A stretch of 63,878 bases of DNA, filler included, from Octopus bimaculoides (Eukaryota): the NCBI RefSeq assembly GCF_001194135.2. It is 8 parts of 6 records of this genome, joined end to end, with 100 filler letters (N's around TTAATTAATTAA, not from the genome) between each part and the next. Parts side by side here need not be neighbours in the genome. Positions count along the whole stretch, not along the records: positions 18,471 to 36,574 come from NC_068987.1; positions 36,675 to 44,978 come from NC_068987.1; 6 more parts are not named here. One strand, given 5' to 3'. The notes under the pieces were generated by a model. That model was not told the origin of the DNA. It saw only the letters and a list, made by a program, of their open reading frames with translations, and made no database searches. This document shows, one piece after another, positions 25,453-39,366 of this stretch; the stretch's first letter is position 1; each line of letters starts with the position of its first letter. The position numbers and the translations under genes are program-made.

Positions 25453-26121
25453 ATGTATAGAAATTCCTTTACAACTTCCTTCCCCTCATTGGTTTGTGCA
25501 GTGTGCTATTCAACACATTAATTCCTTTGCCAAGATGGTAGGGCATTGTTACAGGAGATTTAGTTGCTATTTTTAACAAGTTGAATGACTACATTGAGGT
25601 TCTTTCATTTGCTTATCATTGGCGATGTAAAGAAAAGAGGTGGGGTGAATATATTGATTTGCAGCTGGTTCAGAAGAGTAGGAACTACTATGGTGAAAGA
25701 CATATGGATGTATGGATATGCAAATGTGTATTCAAACTTTTTTTACTATGTGCGTATACATTGCATACACATGCGCACACACACACCCACATTAAACTTT
25801 TACAAGGAAAAGTTCAACAACTTCAAAGCTTTGGCTTATTCACATTTGTCAGACTATATATTCATATAGTAACTAAAATTTTAATGCACATATCCACACA
25901 TACCAACATCTTTTCTATCCAGACAGTTCTGATGAAGGTGGGCAAGCCAAAACTCTGAAGCCACTGTGAATGCTTTCCTTGTAAACGTTTGAAAACATGC
26001 ACTCTATTAAAACATTTTGAGTAAACTTTCAATTCAATGTTACATTGTTTTTATACATAACTTGATGTAAAACTAAACACTTACAGATATTTGTTTTCTT
26101 TTATATTGCAGACATTGGAAA

Positions 26122-26280
26122 ATGAAATTGAAAAAAATCTGTTGTATTGGTGCTGGTTATGTTGGGGGTCCAAGTTGTAGTGTTATTGCCATGAAATGCC
26201 CTGATGTTATTGTTACAGTTGTTGACAAAAGTGAACAAAGGATTGCTCAGTGGAACTCTGATGAACTCCCAATATTCGAA
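26122..26280 (+). CDS. UGDH: UDP-glucose 6-dehydrogenase, first coding exon (aa 1-53)
   Basis: Translates as [53 protein letters not shown], with the Rossmann GAGYVGG motif of the metazoan UGDH N-terminus. Preceded by the acceptor ttttttatattgcag (exon starts 26112, 10 nt of 5'UTR). Followed by a GTATGG donor at 26281 (phase 0). Confidence 0.97.
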
Positions 26281-26846
26281 GTATGGTTTAGCTGATTTTG
26301 TTATTGATTAAAATAGAATTCTTATTGTAATTATGCAGTTTATTATGATTAGAAATTGTTTTTGGTTTTGTTTTCTGTACCTTGTTAAAATCATTTTATC
26401 ATGTTTGCTAGGTTTGTAAATTCAGATATTTTTGTATAATAGTAGAGTTACTGCTTAATGTTTGAGTGGATATCTGTCCTTGTTTAACTTAGTTGAAATA
26501 CTGTATTTGCTAACTTATAAGACACTTTAAAAAAATTTTTAAATGTATCAAAAAAGTACCCTGCATCTAATGAACTGTGTTATAGATGATACACCCAATG
26601 CCATAGTCTAGGGAACTAGATCAGCATATAAAACATTGAAAGCAAGCCAAATTATCATTGCCTGTAAGCACAAACTTATAAAAAATTGCTTACAAAACAT
26701 TAGAAGTTATGTGGTTAAGTCAATTTATCTCACTGTACTTTGTTCTCCAACATAAAATAAAACACCTGATGTATGTTTTACATTATTTATATGTTTGTGC
26801 ATGTGTGTGTGTATGTTCTATGTTTATGTGTGTGTATATGTGTATA

Positions 26847-27706
26847 TCATCATCATCATCATCATCGTTTAACGTCCGCTTTCCATGCTAGCATGGGTTG
26901 GACGATTTGACTGAGGACTGGTGCAACCGGATGGCTACACCAGGCTCCAATCTAATTTGGCAGAGTTTCTACAGCTGGATGCCCTTCCTAACGCCAACCA
27001 CTCAGAGAGTGTAGTGGGTGCTTTTACGTGTCACCCGCACGAAAACGGCCACGCTCGAAATGGTGTCTTTTATGTGCCACCCGCACAAGTGCCAGTCCAG
27101 GGGCACTGGCAACGATCTCGCTCGAAAACCCTACAAGGCCAGTCAAGCGGTACNNNNNNNNNNNNNNNNNNNNNNNNNNNNNNNNNNNNNNNNNNNNNNN
27201 NNNNNNNNNNNNNNNNNNNNNNNNNNNNNNNNNNNNNNNNNNNNNNNNNNNNNNNNNNNNNNNNNNNNNNNNNNNNNNNNNNNNNNNNNNNNNNNNNNNN
27301 NNNNNNNNNNNNNNNNNNNNNNNNNNNNNNNNNNNNNNNTGAGGCCCAATGTTCGAAGGTCTTGCCTCACCACCTCAGCCCAGGTCTTCCTGGGCCTACC
27401 TCTTCCACGGGTTCCCTCAACTGTTAGGGAGTGGCACTTTTTCACGCAGCTATCCTCATTCATTCTTACCACATGTCCAAACCAGCGCAATCGTCTCTCT
27501 TGCACACCACTACTGACGCTTCTTATGTTCAGCTTTTCTCTCAAGATACTTACACTCTGACGGGTATGCACATTTACATTACACATCCAGCGGAGCATAC
27601 TGGTTTCATTCCTTGCGAGCTTACGCATGTCCTCAGCAGTCACAGCCCATGTTTCACTGCCATGTAGCATGGCTGTTCGTACACATGCGTCATACAGTCT
27701 GCCATT
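26847..27706 (-). mobile_element. 5'-truncated RTE-clade LINE
   Basis: Reads GRLYDACVRTAMLHGSETWAVT..RRLRWFGHVVRM..GRGRPRKTWAEVVRQDL. 3'UTR ends CCAACCCATGCTAGCATGGAAAGCGGACGTTAAACGATGATGAT. Confidence 0.93.
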
Positions 27707-30570
27707 TATGATTTTCCTATTTTCTCTTTCCTTTTTATCATACATTATAATTGGTTCTAGGGAGAATTTGTCTACAATTCATCTGTGTATGATTGTATGT
27801 GTGTATGTGTGTGTGTGTGCTTGTATGTATGTGTGTGTGTGTGTGTGTGTGTGGTTGTAGATGAATTGTATCCATAGATGAATTGCTGTAGATGAATTGT
27901 TGTAGACAAATTCATCAGTTACCATTATAATTAGTTCTTCTGAAATTTTATTCCTTAGTTCTTGATGAGCCATAAATGAAAGAAGATATTTTGTCAGATT
28001 AACAGTTGTGGATTAAATATTTTTATTCACTCTCAGACTTATCTTTTATTCTAAGGAGCTGGACATAACCTCCTTTTGAACTTGTCACCTCTGGAATATA
28101 TGTGTATGTGTATGTGGCATTAAAAAAAAAACAGTCTATGGTTGGCATTAGGAAAGACATCCAGTCATAGAAACCATACCAAAGCAGACATTAAAGCACA
28201 AGAGATCCTATCAAACCATCCAGTCCATGCCAGCATGGAACATAATAATATCTAAAAAAATAAACATTTGTGATAGACACCAGCATGGCTATATGTTTGA
28301 GAAATTTGCTTTGCAAAGACATGGTTTCAGATTCAGTTGCTGTGTGTTACATCTTGGGCAAGTGTCATCAATTACAACCCTGGGTTGACCAATATCTTCT
28401 GAATGTATGGAAACCCATTAAATGTGCATGCATGCGTGCATGAATGATTCAGTTTTCTTTTCCTTTCAAGTGAGTTTATTATTATTAAAAAATTAATAAG
28501 CAAGACTTAAGGTTATCTCCCTGAATGTTTTCAACCATTTTTCAATGATACATCATCGAAGTCATATTTTAGTTTGTTGAATCTGTAGATAAATAGTTAA
28601 TATTAATTAGTGAAGAAAATTTCTATTCATCAGATGCAGAAGATGAAATATAGAATGAACTATTGCATTTATTTTAGTTCAACAGTAATCTGATTGTTAA
28701 GCCAAGTTTCATCAATTTGTATGTTTGTGTAAGTCTAAACTAAATATAAACAAAGACATAATGCAGTAAAAATAACAAACATAATACAGTGCTATAACAC
28801 TGACATAACATAATAACATAATATACTAACACGACATAGACATAATGCAGTAACATAATACAGTAATTTAACGCTGGAATAAAAATACAGTAACAATAAC
28901 ATAGACATAACATAGAAAGAACAACAAATAAGGGCTGGATCATTGTCATCTTGTCTCACTATTTATTCTTTCTCTTTCATTGTCCTTCATTAGTCTATTT
29001 TTCTACTTCAGTGTACTTTTGTCCCTTCTCCTTCAATTTCCTTTGTTTATTCTTTCTCCTTCGGTGTCTTTCCTTAGTTTATTCTTTGTCTTTCAATGCC
29101 CCTCCTTGCTTAGTTTGGAAATATACAAATGTGTATTAAAAGTGGATGTTAACAACTTTATTCTTTTGTATGTAATGGTGCTCCAGCTTAGCCAGAACTG
29201 TAATAATTCAGATAACAAGTGAACTCGTCTTGTAATTCTGGATTCTAGCAAAATATGTTAACCGAGGTACTGTAGCTTATTTATTAGTACTTCTATGTTG
29301 TCAGTGGAACTCTATTTATTCTAAACTGGTCCTCTTTTAACCCACCATTATCACACACAATGTAAACAAACTGCAAACTTTCATCAGTTTTCTCTAATGT
29401 ATACCTAACTACCCATTTTCTTTTTCTATCAATCTGGCTTTCTCCTACTAAATCTTTTGTTTTTGTTTGTTTCTTTCTCTTTGTCTTAGTATGCATAGGT
29501 GCCTGCCTTGTCTTCTACTGCCACCTTCCACATAACACAATGAATATATAATATTTCTAACTCCACCATAACTACCTCTACTGACTTCTGCCAAGACTGA
29601 TTAATTTTCACAGGTATTCATTGAAGCACATGACATTGATAAGGCATAGCTAAACAAGGTCTTAACTCTGTTTGAATTATAAGAACCTCTTGTAAAAGTG
29701 TCTGGCTCTGGTTACTCAGCTGGTAGTTTCGAAATTCATTCAATTTTTTTTACATGCAAATATCTATTACACTCCAGTAGAAAGAGAAAAAGACAAACAA
29801 AGACTCCACATGCTTAGATCTAAACATTAATGTATGTTACACACAGCAGTCTCTTATTTGTCAATCTGACAAAGTAGAGTGTGTGGGGAAGAGAGAGAGA
29901 GAGAGAGAGAGAGAACTCGTAGTCTTTTCAGGGAATAACTAGATGAAGGTAGTGTAATAAATATTTAATTAGTCTGAGATGCTATCCATATGATAATTAA
30001 CAGGAGGTTTTGTGGGGAAGAGGTTTATCAGTTTGTCAAAAAATGGGGATTTATCACTTAATTAAAGGCGGACCTCTGAAGCTAATTGGAAGAAGAGAGG
30101 AAGTTATCCTCAAAACCAAGACCCAGTCATATCGAATTCAACAGTGAACTTCACTAACAGCATTCTGGGGATGTTAAAGCAGGCAACACTTTTAAGTCTG
30201 TCAATGAAATAGGTGAAAACATATTTAAATGCAAAGAGCATAAAACAATCAAAGGAAAATCAAATTTGAGATAAAATAAAATTGATGACTTGAGTAATTT
30301 TTATCCTCAATAAACATGGGAGATAATCATGTGTACATTTCTATATAGATGGAAATCTTCTCCAGAAGGGAGAAGCTCAACATCACTCTCTTGAAGTATT
30401 TAGCAACTGGGACCCTAACTAAGCATACAGAAATGTTTGTTAGCAACAAATGAAATAAAGAACAAAATTTTGAATTCTTCTGATACAGTATCTACAAAAA
30501 TGTACTGAACGAATGAATGTCACAGGTTCTATGCAGTTACTCCTTGCTAGAAAGAGCAGCCAGATTTCTG

Positions 30571-30609
<39 letters not shown>

Positions 30610-32493
30610 TAAAGGGTTTCAGCTGTAATGCACTTGATAATAGGTTTATTCAAATAGTTCATTGCTGCTGTTAAACAATGACCTGTTTAACGTTTGTGGT
30701 TGAAGAGAAAAACAGAAGTGTGATATATATTTCAGATATTTTCTGGCATACAAATCAGATTCTTCAAACCAATATTTGCAGGGGCTTTAGCTACTATTTC
30801 CAAGAAGTATGGTGACCATGCAACAGTTACCCTGATATATTTAAGGAAGAAAAAGTGATTTTAGGAAGAGGCAGTTGTTGTTAACTCTCAAGTTAACTCT
30901 TGAGACATTAAAGATAATCCAACCATGACTATACCATCTTTTCACTATGTACAGGGTATCTTGGACCACAGAACCATAAGGTGTGATTTGAAGGTATTTT
31001 AGTTGCTATTTCTAGCAGGCTGGGCACCCATATGAAGGCTCTCATTGGTTTGATGCTGCTGTGGTAGTGTTCAGGGGTATTGTACTTGTGTATTTGTATG
31101 GTAGTTTGCAGGTGATTTTTCATGTAGTGGCAGGAATTGTATGGATTGGAGTTTACTGCGGTAACAAACTTTGCTGCTTACAGTTGCACATTATCTTTCT
31201 TTGGTATTTTTGTCTGGTTGTGTTTTGAGTACAACCTGTGATGATCAAGACAAGAACTAGCATAATCTATAATGTCTCCAACATTATTTCTGCTGGACAA
31301 ATGAGGTACTTGTGAGTAGTCAAAGTATGTCTATCATTTTGCTTTATTTACTATGTCTTCTCTGTGTTGTAGGGTGTTGTAGTATTGTTATATCCTGGGG
31401 TGTCTCATGTTTATGTTATTGAGTATCATGATTGATTGTATTTGATGTTTTCTGATGTCATATGTGAAAGGGGATAAAGTTCCAAAACAAGAGACTTAAA
31501 GTGTTGTTTTGGAGTTATGTTGGGCTGAAGTAGTTGTGTTGTTATATGTCTGGAGAATAGTGGTGGGGGAGGGTGATGTACCATATTATGTGTGTCTTGA
31601 GGAGATGTGGAACGGTCCCATAGGTTTTAAAGAGTGGCTAGAGTATAGATGGTCAAGGTGAAGTGTGGTGTGACCATCTGATAGCGACTCAGATCAGAAG
31701 GCTGTAATAATGCATGTAATGTGCCAGTTGGAAAAAGAGAAGAGACACAACTGACTAGAATGTTCGAGAGAGATTTTATTGGTATGTTAGCATGTGTGTG
31801 TCATGTATACAAAATAAATGACAGGCTGTCATGAGAACAAAGTGTATGTGTATCTGTGTGTGTATTAAGTACATATAAGAACAATGAAGAGGAAGAAAGT
31901 GAAAGTCTAAAATGAGAAGTTAGACGAATGTTCATAGACACATGAATGAAAAATAGCAGTTTGTAGTCAATTGTACATGGTGATATAAATACTGTATCAA
32001 GAAGTTGTGGCAATGGTGCAGAGCCAGTTGCGGTATGTGTCGTATGAAGTTGTGGCTGTAATATTGCTGCCTGGGTCACTCATACAGTTATTGCGGGTTG
32101 TATCTTTGCTGTTAACCATGGTGAAGTAGTTCATGAACAGTGCTATTTTAGAACCTTTCTAAGCAATGTTCTGGCATGAAAGGATTGCTCTCTCAACATG
32201 TACCCTAAATAACAATATCACAATTTGGCCTTAATTTCAAAATCAGTGAGAGCAGACTTGTCCAAAAATAATGTGATTTGATTGTTTTTGATTTTGTTTT
32301 GTACTATTTAGTGTTAATTAGTAACATTATGTTTATTATCTAGCATTGTTTAAAATGCTATAGAGTAAGAAGTAAGGTTCACTTGTTTTAACTTGGAGAA
32401 AGGCATAAGCAATGTAAAATCATTTCTGTCATTCTCAAAATGTTGGCTTTATAACTATGTAAAAAAACATTGTTATTATTGAAATTTTTGTAG

Positions 32494-32631
32494 CCTGGTC
32501 TGGATGAAGTGGTTCGAAAATGTCGCAACAAGAATCTCTTCTTCTCTACAGATGTTGATAAAGCTATTTTGGAAGCGGAACTGATTTTCATCTGTGTGAA
32601 CACTCCTACAAAAAATTATGGACTCGGCAAG
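32494..32631 (+). CDS. UGDH: UDP-glucose 6-dehydrogenase, second coding exon (aa 54-99)
   Basis: Acceptor tttttgtag at 32493. Translates as [46 protein letters not shown], continuing exon 1 in frame and matching the UGDH PGL...NLFFST...VNTPTK segment. GTAAGA donor at 32632. Confidence 0.96.
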
Positions 32632-32783
32632 GTAAGATGTGTGTGTGTGTGAGATGTGTGCCATATATATGTACATACATATATAAATTCATTTGAGCAT
32701 CAGTATATATTTTCTGTACTGAGTAGATCTAGCTCTCACCTATATACACCCACCCACATACATACATACATACATACATACAT

Positions 32784-32841
<58 letters not shown>

Positions 32842-32850
32842 ACATATACA

Positions 32851-32978
32851 TATGGCTTCTTTTCAGTTTTCATCTACCAAATCCACTCACAAGGCTTTGG
32901 TCAGTCCAAAGCTACAGTAGAAGACACTTGCCCAAGGTGCCACTCAGTGGGACTGAACCCAGAACCATGTCATTGGTA
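32851..32978 (-). mobile_element. tRNA-derived SINE (dominant family), CpG-decayed copy
   Basis: Same body as 9031-9193, but with CpG sites converted. Confidence 0.8.
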
Positions 32979-33389
32979 ATGTATATATACACTCAAACAT
33001 ACATAAGCATATTTAATCCATCTATGCATGTGCATGCATATACAAAATAATAGTGATTACACCACCAACCATGGCAACCATGCAAGATCTCTCAGTGGAT
33101 AGGAATAGCTATGTTCTCTATCACCAATACTTATAATAATGGCATGGATGACATAGAAAATAGCACATATGAGGAGAGCAAATCAAATGGACCTAACCCA
33201 TCATATGTATTCTAGTTACACGAATACACTTAATAGAAAGATCCCTAAACTAAATAGTTCCAATTGTAATTTCAAAATACAGGATAATTATCAATTACAA
33301 GCCTACTGCAGAAGATATTATATAAATATTTGGTCCTAAATAGAGAGCAAAACTCCTCTAAGGTTTATATGGGAGCTACTGTTAATTTT

Positions 33390-34340
33390 ACAATGTGGTA
33401 TCAAAAAAGTTCCTGGACTAATTCTGTAACACACCAACAGATGGCAGCATATGGTTGCATGCACAGTGAGAGCTAGCAGTAACCTTCTTGAGGCAGTGTG
33501 CCAAATGACATTGCTGTGTTTACTTAAGAAAGTCCTGAAATTTGTGTTTTTGTGATCATGCATATGCTGTAGTCTGCAATTTTGTTATGGACAGGAACAA
33601 AGAGCCAACGTGAAATTTTGCATTAAACTTGGCAAGTCTGCTAAATGGCATTGAGCATGTCTCAACAAACTTACGGTGATGAAGCAATGGGTCATATGCA
33701 AGGTTTTGAGTGGTACAGGTGCTTTAAAAGCAAAAGAATATTACTTGAAGATGATGAATGATCTGGAAGACCTGCCACAAACATTACCCTGGGAAATGTG
33801 GTATTGTGCATCAAGAATTCACCCCATCAGTGATCTGGAAAACCTACCATGAGTATCACTGCCTGGAAATGTGGTATTGTGCATTGAGAATTTCATCCCC
33901 CAGGGCCAGACTATCAACCAAGAGTTCTGCTGCGATGTTTTGAAGTGTTTGAGGGAGGATATTTGGTGAAGGTGACCAATCTGTGGAGCACAAAGAATTG
34001 GATTCTTCATGAAGACAATACACCCTGTCATCGAGCTCTCCTCATGAGTTTCTTGCCAAAAACAACATAGTATTGCTTCTGCACCCACCCTATTCACCAG
34101 ATTTAGCACCTGCTGACCTCCATCTCTTCCCCAAGATGAAAATGCAGCTCAAAGGTCGCCATTTTAACATTGTTGTTGAGATCCAGAGTGAATTGCTGAA
34201 GATCCTTAACTTGTTTATAGAAAATGACTTGCAGGCTATATTCCAAAAGTGCGCAAGGTGACTATTTTGAAGGAGATGATGTTAAATAAGTTATTTTTTA
34301 TTAAGCATAACTAGTCTGTGAACCTTTTGATACTACCTCA
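33390..34340 (+). mobile_element. Internally deleted mariner (DD34D) element with TIRs
   Basis: TIRs GTGGTATCAAAAAAGTTCCTGGACTA / TAGTCTGTGAACCTTTTGATACTAC. Reads EQRANVKFCIKLGKSA..FEWYRCFK..EDDE*SGRP and HPPYSPDLAPADLHLFPKMK. Confidence 0.9.
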
Positions 34341-35553
34341 TAAGCAATGATACTCAGCACATTTAAACTCATTTAGATATGAAAAACAGAGTAAAGTACT
34401 TTATGGGACAATGTCATCTCTAAGCTACTCAATGAACACGTACACTACCTTAGGAAATAAAAATGTACCATACAATATAACTCACTCCATCATTGACTCC
34501 TGTCCTTCACATCAAGGCCAAAATGCTCTGTGTTGGTTATGCTGAAAAGAATCTATATGAATACTGTTACATAACCCAGCACAGTTATTAAATAAACAAC
34601 ACAAAGCATTCTCCTCTTGTGTTCATAGATTCTTTTAGACTTTTAGATTTTACCACAAGTTCAAATGCAGTAAGACAACTACCTCTAGATAGCTCTCTAT
34701 CACATTATTGTTACTAATACATAATTAATATATGGCATAAGCTTCCTTAATTAAATTGGTATGTTTACCTCGTCTTATTTTATTTTATTTTATTCTTCTC
34801 TCTTAACTCATCATATAACATGTAATTCCTGTAGCAACCTTATTGTATTTCAACTTTTCATTTAGCTTATAATTTAAATTAAATGCTAGTTAAATTAAAT
34901 TTTATATATTTACTTTATCAGATGTTTTTATTCAACCTATTTATTTACTCTGCTTTATTCTATTGTATTTTATTTTATTTCATCTACTCTATTTCATTTT
35001 ATCTTTATATTTTTTCTGAGGCCATCAGTATTTTAATTAAAATGACACTGCAAATTTTTACTGTAAATTATACTGAATTTATCAATTTATCATTCAACTG
35101 CTACTGTAGTTGAATAATGTTCTTAACGGAGCTTTTTTGCCGCAGTCGGCCTCTTCCAAGCAGTCTCACTATTTCAGTTTTAATCGAAATCAAATTTAGT
35201 TTATTGAATTATGTTTGACTAGTGATAAGCTACATAAAATATTTAAAATCTGGTGTAGTAGAACAAAAAGTTAAAAGATAAAATATATAGACCAAACTGC
35301 TTGACTGATGGGTAGTAATGCCTGACATCAACACTTTGAATCCACACCATTCTTTTAATTTTGATCAAGAATTATTACATTGGTATTAATATGAAAGAGA
35401 AATGTGAAGGGAATATATTAACAAAGGTTTCGTAAAATTTTATCCATTAGAAAAAACAGCATGGCCACAGCTCATGAGCTGAAACTAGATAAAATGAAAA
35501 AAATGAATCTAATTTTGATTCTCAAATTTTTATCAATTTTCGCGTGATATTAA

Positions 35554-36574
35554 AGGGACACTACTCAGGCATAACTACAGATTTCTGCTCCTCCGAATTT
35601 CGATGATCATAACTTTCAGAAAAATGAATATTTTTTAATGAAATTTTCTAAGAATATGTGTTATATCATGTAGATTCCGAATATATAAAATTTGGTGGGA
35701 AAAGTGTTTTAGGAGGGGTGGGGTGGAGAATTTCGGAAAATTCACTGGAGTCCACTTTAATTTGTCTTAACTTTCAAAGAAAATGGGTATTTTTTAATGA
35801 AATCCTTTACAGATATACCTTGGAATATGTAGATAGTGAGGATATAGGAATTTGTGGGGGAAACAATTGTGGGTTATTTTTGAGAACTGTTCCCCACTCG
35901 GGGGTGTTTCGGAACAAGTCGTCCATATTTATTTCTTTTTGTCCTCTTTGTGCGTTTACGCACCCATAGATTTCTACTGAAGCAACAAACAGGCAATGAA
36001 GGCAAATGAAGCCCTTACCAGAAAACTCGTTATGCTAAAAATAACAGCTAAAGGTCTGGTACACAGAAATATGTTATTAAGACAACTTATCCATTGCATA
36101 TGATTTTTTAAAGTAAATTCCCAAGTAAACGTTTCTAATAGAAAGGCAGAAGACACCAGAAGCAAAGATAAGGAATATACACACAGTTAAATAGAGAAGT
36201 GTAAAGTATAATTTGTTATATAATCTCTACAATAAACGTGATATTGAATGAAATAATTCCCCGTTTGAACTATTTTCATTACACGTATGTGTGTGTATGG
36301 TAGAAATCTACAGATGCACAAATGTACAAAACGGAGAAAATGAAACAAATATGGACAACTTGTTCTGAAACACCCCCGAGTGGGGAACAGTTCTCAGAAA
36401 TAACCCCCAATTGTTTTCCCCCAAAATTGCTGTGTCCTCAGAATCTATATAGTCCAAGGTATATTTGTAGAGAATTTCATAAAAAAAATATCCATTTTCT
36501 TGAAAGTTAAGACGAATTGAAGTGGACTCCGGTGAATTTTCCAAAATTCCTCACCCCCCTCCTAAAACACTTAC
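35554..36574. mobile_element. Fold-back DNA element with long TIRs (TTAA-AGGG terminus; Kolobok/T2-MITE-like)
   Basis: About 35700-35975 is the inverted repeat of about 36300-36574. The left end is TTAA|AGGGACAC. The right end runs into a spacer gap. Confidence 0.7.
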
Positions 36575-36829
36575 NNNNNNNNNNNNNNNNNNNNNNNNNN
36601 NNNNNNNNNNNNNNNNNNTTAATTAATTAANNNNNNNNNNNNNNNNNNNNNNNNNNNNNNNNNNNNNNNNNNNNGTTATAAAGTATGAACAGCGCAAAAG
36701 TAAGAAAGGCAAGCTACACTGGAAATAGCTTCGCGAAACCGACACAGAGCTCATTAGATGACTATTTTAGAGGAAATTTAAAACGAATTGATATTTACCT
36801 TCTTAGATAAAAAAAATTAAAAAAAGACT

Positions 36830-36901
36830 TTCCCAAGCGGGGAATCGAACCCCGGCCGCCGCGGTGAGAGCGCGGAATCCTAACCACTAGACCACTTGGG
36901 A
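36830..36901 (-). tRNA. tRNA-Glu (anticodon CTC), intact cloverleaf
   Basis: Minus strand reads TCCCAAGTGGTCTAGTGGTTAGGATTCCGCGCTCTCACCGCGGCGGCCGGGGTTCGATTCCCCGCTTGGGAA (72 nt). Acceptor stem TCCCAAG/CTTGGGA, anticodon stem CCGCG/CGCGG around CT-CTC-AC, T-stem CGGGG/CCCCG with TTCGATT. An oligo-T Pol III terminator follows a few nt downstream. Confidence 0.97.
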
Positions 36902-38534
36902 TGTCGACGTCAACTTGCTTATTTTGTTTATATATATTGTAGCGTCATTCGTAATTAGTTTCTTTTCCGTTTATTAATGATTTTAATTACTTTCAACTTT
37001 TAAATTCCAGTTTCTGACACGATTGTATATATAACTTAAATGTAAGAAATTAATTAATTTAAGAAACAGTAAAGGAATTATTTTGGTATTTATTATTAAC
37101 AGAAGATTTATAGAACATCACTGTGTTGGCAAGTGTCTGTAACGTTGAAGTGATTCCTTCTTTTGTGACATATCTATTTTTATCATTGATATTATCACTG
37201 GTCTTGTGCCAAAATTTGAAACGATTATTATTATTATCATTATTATGCATAATTATAGCTATGATGATCTTCAATATACAGTAAAAATAAAGCTAAGTGA
37301 TAAATTAACCGGGAAAAGAATTCTTGGCGGGTTTTGAAGGATTACGTCCTTCACACCCGATGGGATAGAAACATTACCACAAGGTATTAGGTGAAAAAAA
37401 TGAAATTACGGAATAAGAAGACGCAATATAAAAACATTAGGGATCAATTCAGAAAGATCCAATATTAGAATTTTGAAAAATTGCCTATTTCGAAACTAAT
37501 TCTTGTAGTCTGTTGTTTCATGTCAGATAAACTGTGATCGATGAAACTGACTATCAAAGGCTTTCCAGCCGTGACTGTCCTGTCTTGTAGGAAACCCGAG
37601 ATCATATTAATATCCAACGTATCCTTAGACGATGGGGTGGAAATTAAGGGAAGTCTGGTATTAACCAAGCATTTAACCACGGAAATAATTTGGAATAAAT
37701 CTTTATTAAGAAATTAATAATTTCATTTATTTTTAGGATGAATTTTTGTTAAAGTCAAAATCAAACAAAATTAACAACATTGACGATTGAGTCTTAATTT
37801 CTGACATATTTCACAATTAACATAAGTTCGCAAAGGTCAGTTTTCTGCTGCTATTTGCAGAATGTCATGAATAAAAATGTTGGCGCCAACGGAGAAAACA
37901 TCTGACTCATTGACCTAAGTACCAAAGATAAAGTACCAAGAGTACTTTATCTTCGAGGAGAAATGGTATTTCGGCAACGGTCAAAATCTCCTTTCTTATT
38001 CTTATATTATTAATTAAAATCGACCAAACAAGCAATAAAAAAAATCTTAGGGGAAAAAAACAAAAATCGCGGGAACTTATGTACGTTAGAATCCGTCATG
38101 TATATTAGAGTCCCAGGAAAATTTAGATGTAAGTTATCGATCAGACGTTCAATAAATAAAATAGATTTAATTATTACTTGGAAAGAATTATGAATTCAAT
38201 GCAAATGACAACTTTATTAAGTTAATTGACTTCTTTCTTTTTTCTTTTTAATTTTTTTTCAATTGTGTTCTCTGTTTTGTTCAGTTTTCTAATTTAATTT
38301 TGTAAAACAGTATAAATAAAGTGGAAATGGTTTAAAAAGTTATTTGGATGGATATATATATATAGCGTGAAAAACGCAATAAAATAATGTGGACATTAAT
38401 TTATGCACCAATCTTATGTCATAATTCATAATCTTTGAACTGAACAATTATGTATTTATAAACATTGTGTTTTTCTTTTCATCTCTCCTGGGTAACAATT
38501 AAATTTATTTTATTCGCATAAAGCTATACTGAAG

Positions 38535-38695
38535 GCGTGGCTGTAAGGCGCAGGTGTGGCTGTGTGCTCCTCAACCACATGGTTTCGGGTTCAGTGTCAC
38601 TGTGTGGCACATTGGGCGTCTTCTATTATAGCCTCGACCTGACCAAAGTCTTATGAGTGGATTTGGTAGGCGGAAACTGGAAGAAGCCCGTCGTG
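38535..38695 (+). mobile_element. tRNA-derived SINE (dominant family)
   Basis: Same body as 9031-9193. Further copies lie at about 40705-40845 (-), 41670-41810 (+), 44700-44845 (+) and 46250-46370 (-). Confidence 0.8.
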
Positions 38696-39335
38696 TGTGT
38701 ATATATGTTGTAGTGCTCGTCCCCTTCACACTTTCTTTGTTCTTTCCACTTCTTCTCGTTCATCCTCTCTGATATTTCTTGGCCTTCCTTTCATTCTTAC
38801 TTTCACTCCTTTTTTTTTACCTCATTCTGTCCCTTTCCTTTCTTTTTCTCCCTTTCTCGTCCCTCCCTAATTCTTCAAACTCTCTGCCCCCTACCTCTTT
38901 CCTCTCTTTGGTTCCACTGCCATCCGTGTAGCATCTCTTATATTCCTTCCCATGACTTTCATCTCTCATGGCTCTGCCATAAGGTTTTACTTCCACACAC
39001 GCCAGCTTTATTTGATTCGTCCTTAGTCAAAAGACACCCGTTGTTAATGTTTTGTTATTTGCATTTGTATTTGTCTACCATTTCTCTGTTTTTTTTTCTG
39101 TCCTTGTTTTCATATACATTCGCCACTTTCTTCCAAGGAGTCTAGGGCTCTTAGCTTAGGTTTTCTTTGGGGCCAGCCAGATTGGAGCAGTCTCAAGTGT
39201 AGCCAGCTGAAACTGCAAAGACGATCTGGAACTAGACTGAGGATAGGAAGCTCCAAATGATCTGGCCTTCTTTGTATTGTCTGTCTAGATGCTTTATTGT
39301 CACCTGTTACGGTCTTGTTCCACTTTTTGTTTTCT

Positions 39336-39366
<31 letters not shown>

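Noticed and set aside
37465-37700. Short ORFs near the tRNA (71 aa minus; about 60 aa plus) as UGDH or other exons
   Set aside because: No similarity to UGDH or any family I recognise. Stops occur in the alternative frames.
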